A DNA stretch of 63,728 nt, the filler included, from Stramenopiles sp. TOSAG23-3 (Eukaryota): NCBI GenBank assembly GCA_900128585.1. It is 8 parts of 8 records of this genome, joined end to end, with 100 filler letters (N's around TTAATTAATTAA, not from the genome) between each part and the next. Parts side by side here need not be neighbours in the genome. Positions count along the whole stretch, not along the records: positions 16,023 to 23,917 come from LT643089.1; positions 24,018 to 31,897 come from LT643090.1; positions 31,998 to 39,872 come from LT643091.1; 5 more parts are not named here. One strand, given 5' to 3'. Both the position numbers and the translations under genes were made by a program. Shown here piece by piece: positions 22,362 to 32,702 of this stretch. Every line of letters begins with the position of its first letter. Position 1 is the stretch's first letter. A model generated the notes under the pieces. The model saw only the letters and a list, made by a program, of their open reading frames with translations, had not been told where the DNA came from and did not search any database.

Positions 22362-22918
22362 AGTATACTTTACGCTAATACAGATAGTATAAACACTTTA
22401 ACATTCGTTTGTAACCTGTCCTAATTAAACCACTTATTTCCACTGTTCCTCTTTTCTTGGCACAAACATTCTTCAATCAAGAAGCAGCTCTTCTTACTTT
22501 CTTCAGGTGCGGAGTGAAGTAGTAGTTAGATAGCCACTTCTTCTTCGTTGTTGTTGTTCTTTTTGTTCTTTTTTTTTTGTTGTTGTTGTTCGTTCTCTTT
22601 CTTCTATCTTTTTTTTTCTTCTTCTTACTACTACTTCTTCTTCTCTCTCTCTTCTTCTCTCTTCTCTCTTCTGATGATGATGAGAAGAAGAGTAATAAGA
22701 AAGAAGATGAAATATATGATGATAATGAGAGGAGGAGGAGGGGGTAGAGGACGGAAGAATGGGAATAAATAATAGGATAGTGTTAATAATTAGGTTAGAT
22801 AAATATAATACAAGACACATCATTGTGTACGCACGGTATTAATACTACTACAACACCTTCTGAAAGGCCTCCTCCCTCGCTGCTTCCTCCTCCGGATTTT
22901 TTTTTTTTTTAATTAATT

Positions 22919-23602
22919 TCAGCACAGGAGGCTGTTTGAAAGCCTGTGGGCTCCTCCAGTAACAAAGCCGTACGTCGAACTGGTGCAATTGTCGTAGCCC
23001 CATTTGTCAACTTTCTTCCTTTTCTTCTTAACATGATGGTTCAGGCAGTATTTTGGACCTTTTTTCAGGCAATCTTCGGTCTGATCTGACTTTTCGGAAC
23101 TCTCGTACGCCCAAAACTCTGCCTTGTCATCATCCACCCATTTATCGAAGAAGAAGACATGCCCTGGCAAATAATCGAAAAGTCCATTTACATTTTTCTC
23201 CAAGGGCTCCACGATCTTGTCCAACATGCCCTCCTCTTCGTTGCTGTCGTCGTCCTTATTTGTACACCTGTTCTTTCCCCATATTGGTGCCCACACGTGC
23301 GTAATGATGTCGCCGTATTGCAGCTCTTTGCTGGGTATTCTCTGCCCCCACTTGTTGGCTCCGTATTCGTACGCTTTTAGAAAGTGTCCAACGTCAGCTT
23401 GTATCGCCCATGAAACAAACCCGGAACAGTCCGTCGGGTACCCCCATGTCTTATTTACAGAGTGAGAGTACGGAACTTTACCCACCCACTCAGGCATGTT
23501 CGATTGCAACTCTTTCATCGAGGTGCACGTTGAACTGCCTTGCGCAACGAGCAGCGCCAAGAGCTGCACAGTACACGCGAACGAACGGCAGACGTTTACC
23601 AT
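22919..23602 (-). CDS. Secreted NlpC/P60-family cysteine hydrolase (putative peptidoglycan endopeptidase)
   Basis: Signal peptide; VPYS...YPTDCSGFVSWA, LQYGDII, GHVFFFDKW, WAYE. Confidence 0.82.
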   Translation of the reverse strand: MVNVCRSFACTVQLLALLVAQGSSTCTSMKELQSNMPEWVGKVPYSHSVNKTWGYPTDCSGFVSWAIQADVGHFLKAYEYGANKWGQRIPSKELQYGDIITHVWAPIWGKNRCTNKDDDSNEEEGMLDKIVEPLEKNVNGLFDYLPGHVFFFDKWVDDDKAEFWAYESSEKSDQTEDCLKKGPKYCLNHHVKKKRKKVDKWGYDNCTSSTYGFVTGGAHRLSNSLLC

Positions 23603-24017
23603 GGTGTATGGCTTTATGCGTATACCGATGTACGGAACGAGAGTAGATTGTCCACAGTTTTATGATGCAAAATGTGCCACTGAATCTTGAACCAAAACGT
23701 TGTAATACATGACTTTTACTATGTAAACATTTCATACTGATCGGATTAATATTTATAGGCGCAGTTGACCAGAACAAACAATAAACACAAACAAAACAAC
23801 AATTTTTTTCTTCTTCGTTCCGCCGCCTCCTCCTCTCCTCTTCCGTTTCGTTTGCTCTGTGGTGCTTATAATAATTATAATATTATTTTTTATTGTGGAG
23901 TAAGGAGGTTGGTGGTGNNNNNNNNNNNNNNNNNNNNNNNNNNNNNNNNNNNNNNNNNNNNTTAATTAATTAANNNNNNNNNNNNNNNNNNNNNNNNNNN
24001 NNNNNNNNNNNNNNNNN

Positions 24018-24217
24018 AAGAAGAAGAAAGAAGAAAGAAGAAAGAAGAAGAAGAAGAAGAAAGAAGAAAGAAGAAAGAAGAAAGAAGAAAGAAGAAAAGA
24101 AGAATGAAAGAAGAAAAGAAGAAGAAAGAAGAAAAGAAGAAGAAAGAAGAAAAAGAATGAAAGAAGAAAGAAGAAAGAAGAAAGAAGAAGAAAGAAAAAA
24201 AGAAGAAGAAAGAAGAA
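24018..24217. repeat. Purine-rich (GAA/GAAA) low-complexity tract; similar tracts at 31800-31897, 39973-40160, 52741-53122, 55890-56032
   Basis: Read directly; most lie at contig ends. Confidence 0.9.
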
Positions 24218-24749
24218 GGTCTCCCCCTCTTCATTAAGTAGTCAAATAATAGGAATATTTATAGTTATCATTATCATATCCCATTAGTTGTAATATAAAC
24301 ATACTATTAACCCATTCCTTTCATGTTCTATATTTTTGCTATGATATTATATTGCATAAATATAATAAATGAGTATTCTAACTAAATTTAATTTCAGCGC
24401 AAAATGGAAGCGAAAATCCAAATTTTGTGTGTTGTTGTTTATATTTACTATTTCTATCTTAAATGTATCTATATAAATTGTTGTAAGTATCAGTCCGGCA
24501 AAATTAAAAAACTTCTTCTTCTTCTTTCTTCTTGCTTCAACAAAAAGTGAACTAAATGCCATTTGCCATTTGGCATTAGCCATGCCAGTGTGTTAATTCA
24601 TTTGGATAAGTAAATTAAACCTTGCTAGTTCTTGAAGTTGTAGAAAGCTTGTTGTATTCTTCACTTTCGCTTTGATTGATATTTTTTTAAAAGTGTCCCT
24701 CTGTTGTCTTGTTTGTTCTTCTTCTATCTTCTGAAAGGTATTGACCATC

Positions 24750-26009
24750 ATGTTGCACAGAGTGTCCATGGTTGCCCTGGTTGTCCTGGTGGCGTTGGAG
24801 TGCGCGGCTGCGGAGACCGTACAAAGCAGTTTAAAGGCTTACGTAGCGGGCAAAGTGAAAGGCGGTAACCCAGTACAGGGTATCGTCTGCAATGGTTTGG
24901 GGACCAACCCAAAGAGCCCGACGTGTTTCAATGGGAACGGGCAAGCAATTTGTGGGAACAATCAGCAGTGCCCCAGCCCCTGCAAGTGCTGGCTTGCGAA
25001 GCCTGCGAAACTTAGTGCTTCCAATAGAATACAGACGTGGAAAGCAAACGACCCAACGTGGTCCCAGATAAAGAATCAGTTGGCCAAATGGAATATTCCG
25101 AATGAGATGTACGACAGTTTCGAAATGGCGACAATGGCGGACAGTGGGCGCTTCGCGAAGTTTCACTTTTACGTTCAGCCGGACAAAAAGGAAGCGCGGT
25201 ATGAGCTTGCCCTGGGAACGGCACGATACCTGAACTCGGTGGTTGAGATTGGGTACATTTACGTGAAAGCTTCCGCGGAGCTTGCCCCGGTGTTTTACAA
25301 GTGTGGAAAAAAGAAAGTCAAGGGTGGCTTCTTGGGCTTGAAGAAGAAAACGAAGCGGTGGTGCCATGACACCGGCATTTCGAACGACCGGGTGGAGAAA
25401 ATTCGACAGGCGCTGGAGTTCTTCGCGTTCGAATCGATCCGGTTCCAGTCCGGGGGATCCGTCAAAGAAGCAGTCGCGTGCAAGCGCGTTTTTAACTGTC
25501 GGTGCTACCTCGCCCGGTACCCTGACCTCCAGAAAGCGTTCAAAGGCAACTGTGACAAGGCAAGGGCGCACTATGCTTGTTCTGGCAAGAAGGAGAGCTT
25601 GAGGAAAGGAGAAAGGAGAAAGAAGAAAGGGGAGGGAGAAAGGAAGAAAGGAAGAAAGGAAGAAAGGAAGAAAGGAAGAAAGAAAGAAAGAAAGAAAGGG
25701 AGGGAGGAAGAAAGAAAGAAAGAAAGAAAGGAGAGAAAAGAAAGAAAGGAAGAAAGGGGAGAAAGGAGAGGGACTTCTTTATATAGACGATGGTGTGTTC
25801 CCATGTATTATATCAGTTGTTATTTTATTATTTTTATATTAATCCATCCATCCATTCAGCAGAAGCAGAAACAGAAACAGAAACAGAAACAGAAACGACA
25901 TCCAGTCCATTCTTCGAACGAACCCGTACATTTAAGTAGGGAAGGTCGTTCGATTCCGAAGCCTTGTTCACACACGGAGGAGTTGCAAGAAATTGTGCAA
26001 ACACGGTAA
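24750..26009 (+). CDS. Secreted Cys-rich protein with C-terminal YLxRYPDL...HY...GxxEGR module; probable intron ~25592-25939
   Basis: Signal peptide. CYLARYPDLQKAFKGNCDKARAHYACSGKK resumes as EGRSIPKPC after a 348-nt low-complexity insert. Confidence 0.75.
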   Translation: MLHRVSMVALVVLVALECAAAETVQSSLKAYVAGKVKGGNPVQGIVCNGLGTNPKSPTCFNGNGQAICGNNQQCPSPCKCWLAKPAKLSASNRIQTWKANDPTWSQIKNQLAKWNIPNEMYDSFEMATMADSGRFAKFHFYVQPDKKEARYELALGTARYLNSVVEIGYIYVKASAELAPVFYKCGKKKVKGGFLGLKKKTKRWCHDTGISNDRVEKIRQALEFFAFESIRFQSGGSVKEAVACKRVFNCRCYLARYPDLQKAFKGNCDKARAHYACSGKKESLRKGERRKKKGEGERKKGRKEERKKGRKKERKKGREEERKKERKERKERKEERGERRGTSLYRRWCVPMYYISCYFIIFILIHPSIQQKQKQKQKQKQKRHPVHSSNEPVHLSREGRSIPKPCSHTEELQEIVQTR

Positions 26010-26060
26010 AGTAAACGCGTTAGATACCAAGGAACAATTAAGAAAAGACGGTACTCAACC

Positions 26061-29000
26061 ATGGTTGCAGTTTATTTTCGAACAGCTTTGCTTCTAGCGC
26101 TCGTCGCCTTTGCCGCTTCGTCCACCGTGACAGTGGAGAAGGCTGGCGTTCGCCTGGGGGATACAGGCGGGAAAGAGGAACCGTTTGTCACGGATAACGT
26201 TTGTTTCCTAGACGATGCAATAAATAAATGTGATGATCACAAAGACGATTGGTTAGAAAAGATAATGGACGATGCCCTTCAGGTCCTTTCATGGACCGAC
26301 GGGAAGAAGAATGAAGAGACCTTTAAACAAGTCACCGACATGTTGTACGAACAGGGCCAGAATTTGTGGAACGAAAAAGACGACAGTCACACCTGCAACC
26401 TTCTGTCCAGTGGCAAATGTAAGGACCACTCAAACAATATCCTAGGGCAAGTTAAAGACCAAGATAGGGTTAAGGAGATGAAGGGATACCGCACGGCCTG
26501 TAGCGACACAAAATACCCAGGGTATTCTTCGGACCGAGAGTTTATGAAAACACTACTAAAAGAAAGGGCAAAAATACCGTCCTCCACGACCGCGGCGTCC
26601 ACGACCGCGGCGTCCACGACCGCGGCGTCCACGACCGCGGCGCCCTCCACGACCGCGGTGTCCACGACTGTGTCACCCTCCACCACGTTCAGCACCGCGC
26701 CTCATAACGACTTGCAATATACGCTCGCGGAGAAAAGGAGCGGGAAAGCGCTCAAGGAAACCCTGCTAAAGAAGCACCAGAAACGACGACGCCCAAGCAC
26801 GCGCAGGCTTTGGGGTTCGAGGGCACGGGCAAATGCGTTTTTGGAGGTCAAGGGCAAGTTCCTCAAAAAGGTCGGGAAGGGCGTGAAGAAGGTCGCCAAA
26901 AAGGTCGGGAAGGGCGCGAAGAAGGTCGGCAAGAAGGTGAAAGGAGCCGTCATAAAGGGGGTGGCATCGGGGGCGGCGAAACTGTTGGGTACGGGCGCTG
27001 TCCAGAAAGTTCTCCCAGAGAAAATCCAAAATATTTTGGATCGTGTGGAATATATATTCGAAAACAGATGTAGGCTCAACTTCTTCAACAAAATCCACAG
27101 GATCGGGATGGATTTTATCCATTACCTGAGGAGGGTTCTTTCCAAAGACAAGACGGTTAACGAATTGGAAACATATGTTCGTGAAAAGTTAGCGGAGAAA
27201 ATGATGACACATCAAAAGAACAGTGGGGTTCGTTCGCTACATTCTGCATTGATTCGGCTATGGGATTTAATATTCAAGGGTGTGGCGAACCCCGAGGATT
27301 TCGACATAAACCTGTGCGAAGCGTCGAAAGGTCCTGTAAAATACTTTCTCAGCGAATACATGCACGGTAATTTGAAAAAACACATGGAATTGTTCGGAAT
27401 ATTGTCGGACATCGAAGAACTCAGGGAAACCAAGTGCGATAAGGGATGCCAGAAGGCGTTCCTAAGCGAAGTGGGAGGGGTGTTTCATAACGCCAGCAAG
27501 AAGGATTTAGTCTTGAAAGTCTTGGGCAAACACACTTTTAATGATATTCCTCGACCGAAGTTCTACGAAGGATCCAAACGTGTCGCAACAGTAAGTGGTG
27601 AATTACTAACCATGCGAATCGCAAAACTGCTCGTTCCCGCCCTATCTCGATTTGTGAGAAGCGCGCTTGGCACGGAAGAAAATGAAAAGGGCGAAAGAGT
27701 ATACAAGATCGACAAGCTCTTTCGTTACTATGTCAATAGTCCTTTCCTTGCATTTCGTATGGACAAATTCTTCATGGCACTTCGAAATTCCCGGGCACTC
27801 TTTGAAGAAATTAAGAAGAAAGAAGAGCGCCTATTCGAAACAAATCGATATAACTTAAAAGACGCCGTCAATCGTGCATCAGAGGAAACAGGAATCAAAG
27901 TATCCAAAAGCGTTGAGAATTGTTTCAACCATAAAGAATTAGAAAAAATAAGGAAAACAATCGAGGAGAAATTCAAACGCAGGGCTCTTGAAGCAGTAAA
28001 TGCGTTCTTTGCAATGACCCCGGAGCAGTTTTACGTTGCAAACTTTACGAGGAACAAACCCGAGGTCGCTTATACAGTCTTGCGCTTAGTAACGACGGGT
28101 GCTCTAATACCGCAATTTAGGGTGGTGGAGGCCGCACATAAGTTGTTTGACGCGGTCGTCACAGAGACCAGAGAACTTGAAGAGGAATTAGAAAATAAGC
28201 GTTGCGCGCTGGAGGAAGATATGGATAAGCCCTTTCATACGTTTTTAAATGAATTTGCAAAGGTGTACGGGAAGGTCAATGGGTGGGAAGATGGCGGCAT
28301 TTGGAATGTGCAGCTTAAAGCCGAGAAGGCAGGACAACCGCCTCCCACTTACACAATGCCAGTGCCCAAAATCGGGGCACAAGTGCGGGCTGGGAACATG
28401 GAAGAAGGCGACGAGGTGTTTCAAACGACAAGCCTTTCCGTTTTCAAGCTGGCCCACGACTTTGAAGATCTATTTGTTGAGCCCAAAGGTACCAAGATCA
28501 AAGTGACGCAACAAGGGTGCTTGGTCAGGGAATCGGTAGAGCAGGTCGTGAAGACCGAAAACTCATGCCCGAACGTTCGTCTACCAGAGCCTAACACGTT
28601 CAAATACATTGCACAAAGGGAAGAACTTAAGTGGAAATACATATGGAACAGCGACGAGGTCGAGGATAGATTTAATGGAGTTAACCCGTTGGCAGCATTG
28701 GGGGGGGGGGGCCAATGAAATCTCGGGATGGACAACGGGTGGGTACGCAATGAAAGGCTTCAAGTGCGGGAAGAAGTGCAGGGGGTGCACCGAAGCCGAT
28801 GGGTGGCGATTTGTGAACGGCAAGTATAGCCTGAAAGGGTACGAACTCGATGACGCCGATATCCCGGAAACTGATATATACTTGGCGGGCCGAAAGGTTC
28901 CCTGGATTAGGAAGCAGAACTGGGTCTCAAAGTTGGGGCGGTACATCCCCTTGTGCCAGTGCGAACCAAAAGGAACCGGCACCGAAGAGGACACGATGGC

Positions 29001-29886
29001 AAACTGCCACCGTCCGCTCACGGAGGAAGATTACGCGAAGTTTAGCGGGGAACTCACACCAAAGGAAGTCGACGAAATGTTCAAAACGATCAGGCCCCCG
29101 AAAGGTTCCTTGTACGATGGGGTCACCATGGCCTGCGAAGCGTCCCAGGCAGGTGGGCAAGTCCTGGGCGACGGGTGCTACGGGGGCCATTTCGTTGTCT
29201 CCGGGCGTCCGAGCGACGGCGGGGACTCGAAATGTTTCGTTGTGAAGTGGGATTTGGAGATTGACCTGAAGCAGATGAAACGCGAGGTAGCAAAGCGGTC
29301 CTGCGGCATGAAAGAGCATTCTTTGAACAATCCGATCAGCACGAAATGCGCAAGACAGATGTTAGGTACCATTTTTGACTTGGACCAAAGCGGGAAAGAT
29401 TCGTTCGACCAGTGCCCTGGCCAGAATACCCTGGAGGCCCACAGAAGCGTCCCCAATTTCGCGCCATTAGAAAAAGACTCATGCCCAGAATTCGTCGGTT
29501 CAAACCCTTTGCAATTTAAAAAGAAAATTGAGTTTGGAGACCGCACGTACTGTGAACTGGAACCCGACAGCTTCGACTCGTGGATCGATGAAAAATCGTC
29601 TGATGATAAACAGTTAGATATAGGAGGAAAAATAGACGGCATCCTTTGCAATCGAGAAGAACGTGGAAAAAAGTACGGCAGTGTGTACAATCAGTGGAAG
29701 AAACAAAGTGGCTGGGGACAGTCTGCATCCTGGTCTGCAGCGTACAAGCAACAGAGGCTGACCTCCGGGTTGCCAGGAATGGGCGCGGGGAAACGTTCTC
29801 GGTCGTGGGGGCGTCGGCGATGGAAGCGTTCTCGACCGTGGGGGCGTCGGCGAAAGTTGCTTCAGCAATCTCATGGCCATTCGTAA
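26061..29886 (+). CDS. Large secreted orphan protein (~1270 aa if joined) with +1 frameshift at G12 (28700-28711)
   Basis: Signal peptide, STTAA repeats and a cationic helix. ORF 26061-28718 stops just after the G-run, and the +1 frame stays open with coding composition to 29886. Confidence 0.72.
26583..26660 (+). repeat. 15-nt coding tandem repeat TCCACGACCGCGGCG (STTAA, mucin-like linker)
   Basis: 4 perfect copies plus degenerate copies. Confidence 0.92.
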
Positions 29887-30051
29887 AACGATAATAATGT
29901 ACATACTTAGTGTACCTCTTACACGTTTAACATTTAATTTTTATCGTAAAAGGATTAAACTCGTCACAACCCCTATGTTAATGACTTTTCTTGGGAAAGT
30001 TAAGTTTCTTTTTTTAGGGGCACAGGAAAACCTTCTCACTTTCCCACCCTT

Positions 30052-31368
30052 TTACTTTCCAAACAATTCCTCCAGTTGTATGTGCTCCGCAAAATCATCG
30101 ACAAGGCCCGGATGAGTACACTTGAACGTCGCCGAACATTGTGGGTGGCTGTCACGCCAAGAGACAATGAACTCTGCCAAAAATATGCAGTGGACGGAGG
30201 GGTCAATCGACCGGCTGGCAAACTGGTGATCCTCGACCGCATAAAAGAAAGTCCGCATCGCAGCATTTTTTCCCTCCCCAACAAGCCCACTCGCAACGAT
30301 AACAAACGATTGCTTCTCCAAGTGCATTTTCACACTCTCAAGGTCAGGGTAAAGTTCCACCGTCTGATTCAGCCCCCCGACCTGCGCTAGGCTAAGCCAC
30401 AGCTGCTCAAAAATTTCTGGCGGCAAGTGCGGCTGGCGCATCAAAGAAATCCCGCGCGCGCTGTCCGAGGCATTGACTGTCACTTTCACCTCGTTCACCA
30501 TAGCTTCTGGCGGCGGCGCAGACGGTTGGGTTTCAAACGGACGACTGCCCCCCGAGGAATTGAGACCATGAGCCTCGAAGCCCTCAGGACAAAGGTCAGC
30601 TTTTGGGGAAGACAAAGGCGTCGCGGTCGCCACGGGCATGTCCGTGCCCGCCGCGCCCTCCGGCGAAGACCTGGGTTGCCCCCGCGACTTTCTCTTGTTC
30701 TGCATCTTTTGCCTACTTTTTCGAATGGTTTCGGACTCCACTATTTGCTGCAGTTTAACAAGCTCACATGGCGTAAAAATAGCCGACAGGCCGAGGAGAA
30801 TCAGGACAGGGGTGTAAGACGACGCCTCCCCGACCTTCAGCGTCGTGACGATGCTCACGACGGCTATCACTGTCAGCAGGAAATCGGCAACCAAGTAACT
30901 AAAGAAGAGCTTCATTTTCGAACGGCCTTGAAAGTCCGTAAACCGCCAGTAGCACTTGAATGCAAGCCCGTAGACAAAGCCAAAGGCGTAGGAGATTGCC
31001 TTAATGTACAGCCACGCCACCACCGTGATCCCCAGGAAATTTTTCTCTTCGAACCCTTTGGAGTTCCTCAGAAGCGTCGAAAGGAGGAACAATATCAGGG
31101 ACAGCCCCCCGCACAAACCCGCGTATTGGAGAATGGTTGCCTGGGCAGACGCCTTTGCCGTAGGGGCCTGCCCCCCCCACACGCTCATGTTGTTAATGTT
31201 TCCATTTCTATAGCCGACAGGGGCTTGTGCAGGGCGCACCTCAGAGCCCGACGACGAGGCCTTTCTGGAATTGTCTTTGGCGGAGGCCGCCTTCCGCGAG
31301 GAAGGTCTCCTTGTACCAGACTTCCGCTTAGGCCCCCCCACCAGGCGCTTTCCAGAGTACGCAATCAT
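30052..31368 (-). CDS. 4-TM protein with C-terminal beta-adaptin appendage (platform)-like domain
   Basis: Four hydrophobic helices; LPPEIFEQLWLSL...VIVASG...FFYA...FLAEF...ATFKC resembles the AP-4 beta C-terminal subdomain. Confidence 0.68.
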   Translation of the reverse strand: MIAYSGKRLVGGPKRKSGTRRPSSRKAASAKDNSRKASSSGSEVRPAQAPVGYRNGNINNMSVWGGQAPTAKASAQATILQYAGLCGGLSLILFLLSTLLRNSKGFEEKNFLGITVVAWLYIKAISYAFGFVYGLAFKCYWRFTDFQGRSKMKLFFSYLVADFLLTVIAVVSIVTTLKVGEASSYTPVLILLGLSAIFTPCELVKLQQIVESETIRKSRQKMQNKRKSRGQPRSSPEGAAGTDMPVATATPLSSPKADLCPEGFEAHGLNSSGGSRPFETQPSAPPPEAMVNEVKVTVNASDSARGISLMRQPHLPPEIFEQLWLSLAQVGGLNQTVELYPDLESVKMHLEKQSFVIVASGLVGEGKNAAMRTFFYAVEDHQFASRSIDPSVHCIFLAEFIVSWRDSHPQCSATFKCTHPGLVDDFAEHIQLEELFGK

Positions 31369-31833
31369 CTGTGCGTATACTTCAAATTTGATGAAATTTC
31401 TTCTAGTTTAAAGAGTGAAATCGTAAATCCTGTTAGTTTCATTTAAGAGGTGAAAGTCTTTTGAATAGAAGATAAAACACCTCATACTCCTTCAGGCCCA
31501 TTGCCATGCAGGTAGCCAAGTTCTTTCTTTGTTTTGTTTCTTTTTGTTGTTTATATATTTCTTCTTAATTATAATATATGATGGTATCTCTATGCTAAAA
31601 TTCTACTATATATTATTATCATATATAAATCAAATAGGTATAATAATTTAATAGAATACTGAACAAGTACAGACATTGAAAATCGTTATTTTTTTATTAT
31701 TCTTTTCTTTTCTTTCTAATCCAATCAGGAAAAAGGATGTTATCATAACATAACAATAGCATAGAATAGGAAACCCGTACCGTACTATGCTCGAATCTTC
31801 CTTTTTCTTCTTCTTCTTCTTCTTTCTTCTTCT

Positions 31834-31897
<64 letters not shown>

Positions 31898-31998
31898 NNN
31901 NNNNNNNNNNNNNNNNNNNNNNNNNNNNNNNNNNNNNNNNNTTAATTAATTAANNNNNNNNNNNNNNNNNNNNNNNNNNNNNNNNNNNNNNNNNNNNT

Positions 31999-32181
31999 GT
32001 GTGGAGTTTGATTGCAATCTGCCCCCAAAAGTTCGTGAACATAATTGTTAAAGCCCTCAGTGCAGCAGATGAAATTTGGAACGACGAGGGAAAAAACCAG
32101 AAGATCGAAACCCTGAGTCGAGTGATAAATACATATCGAGATTTAGCAAAGGAATCTTCTGCTCCTAACGATGAAGAATAG
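31999..32181 (+). CDS. Possible 3' fragment of a gene at contig start
   Basis: Open frame from the linker with plausible helical sequence; no motif recognised. Confidence 0.35.
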   Translation: MWSLIAICPQKFVNIIVKALSAADEIWNDEGKNQKIETLSRVINTYRDLAKESSAPNDEE

Positions 32182-32254
32182 TAGTCGTCTTATATCGAGA
32201 TTTAGCAAAGGAATCAATCCTCTGCTCCTAACGATGAAGAATAGTAGTCGTCTT
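32133..32254. repeat. ~60-nt tandem duplication spanning a stop codon
   Basis: ATATCGAGATTTAGCAAAGGAATC...CTGCTCCTAACGATGAAGAATAGTAGTCGTCTT present twice. Confidence 0.88.
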
Positions 32255-32702
32255 ATGTAAGATTGGGTGAAATAAATGAAAATATTTTTTGTGCTATGCA
32301 TCAGCAGGTATTTTTCTGTTCGTACCCGTTCCCGTTCCCGTACCCGTTCGCCCTACCCGTACCTGGTACCTGTACCAAGGTATTACCGTATTAATACCCG
32401 TTCCGCCCTTCCTGTTCGCCTTCCGTCCTGTACCGGTACGGTACGGTAAGAGAGATTGTATTATAAGAGAGAACAACAACATAGAACAGCAGGAACGAAC
32501 CAGGAATATTTTTTTATCAGAGTCTTGGAACATAAATGGTATTATTCGAAGGTACCGTACCGTACAGGTAAAAACCGTACCTGGGCATTTGACGGCCATA
32601 TTTAATTATTACATTTTTAGGGGCATTGACAGCAGTCTCGAGGTTCAGTTGCTACCACGCGCATTTTTTAGCCGGACGTAAAAGATTAAGGCTACGTATT
32701 TC

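Noticed and set aside
28716-28718. TGA as selenocysteine or an alternative genetic code
   Set aside because: Coding continues in the +1 frame, not the same frame; TAA, TAG and TGA all end normal genes in this window
22919-29886. NlpC/P60 plus the secreted gene pair as one antibacterial gene cluster
   Set aside because: A linker at 23918-24017 separates them, so they are on different contigs and proximity is accidental
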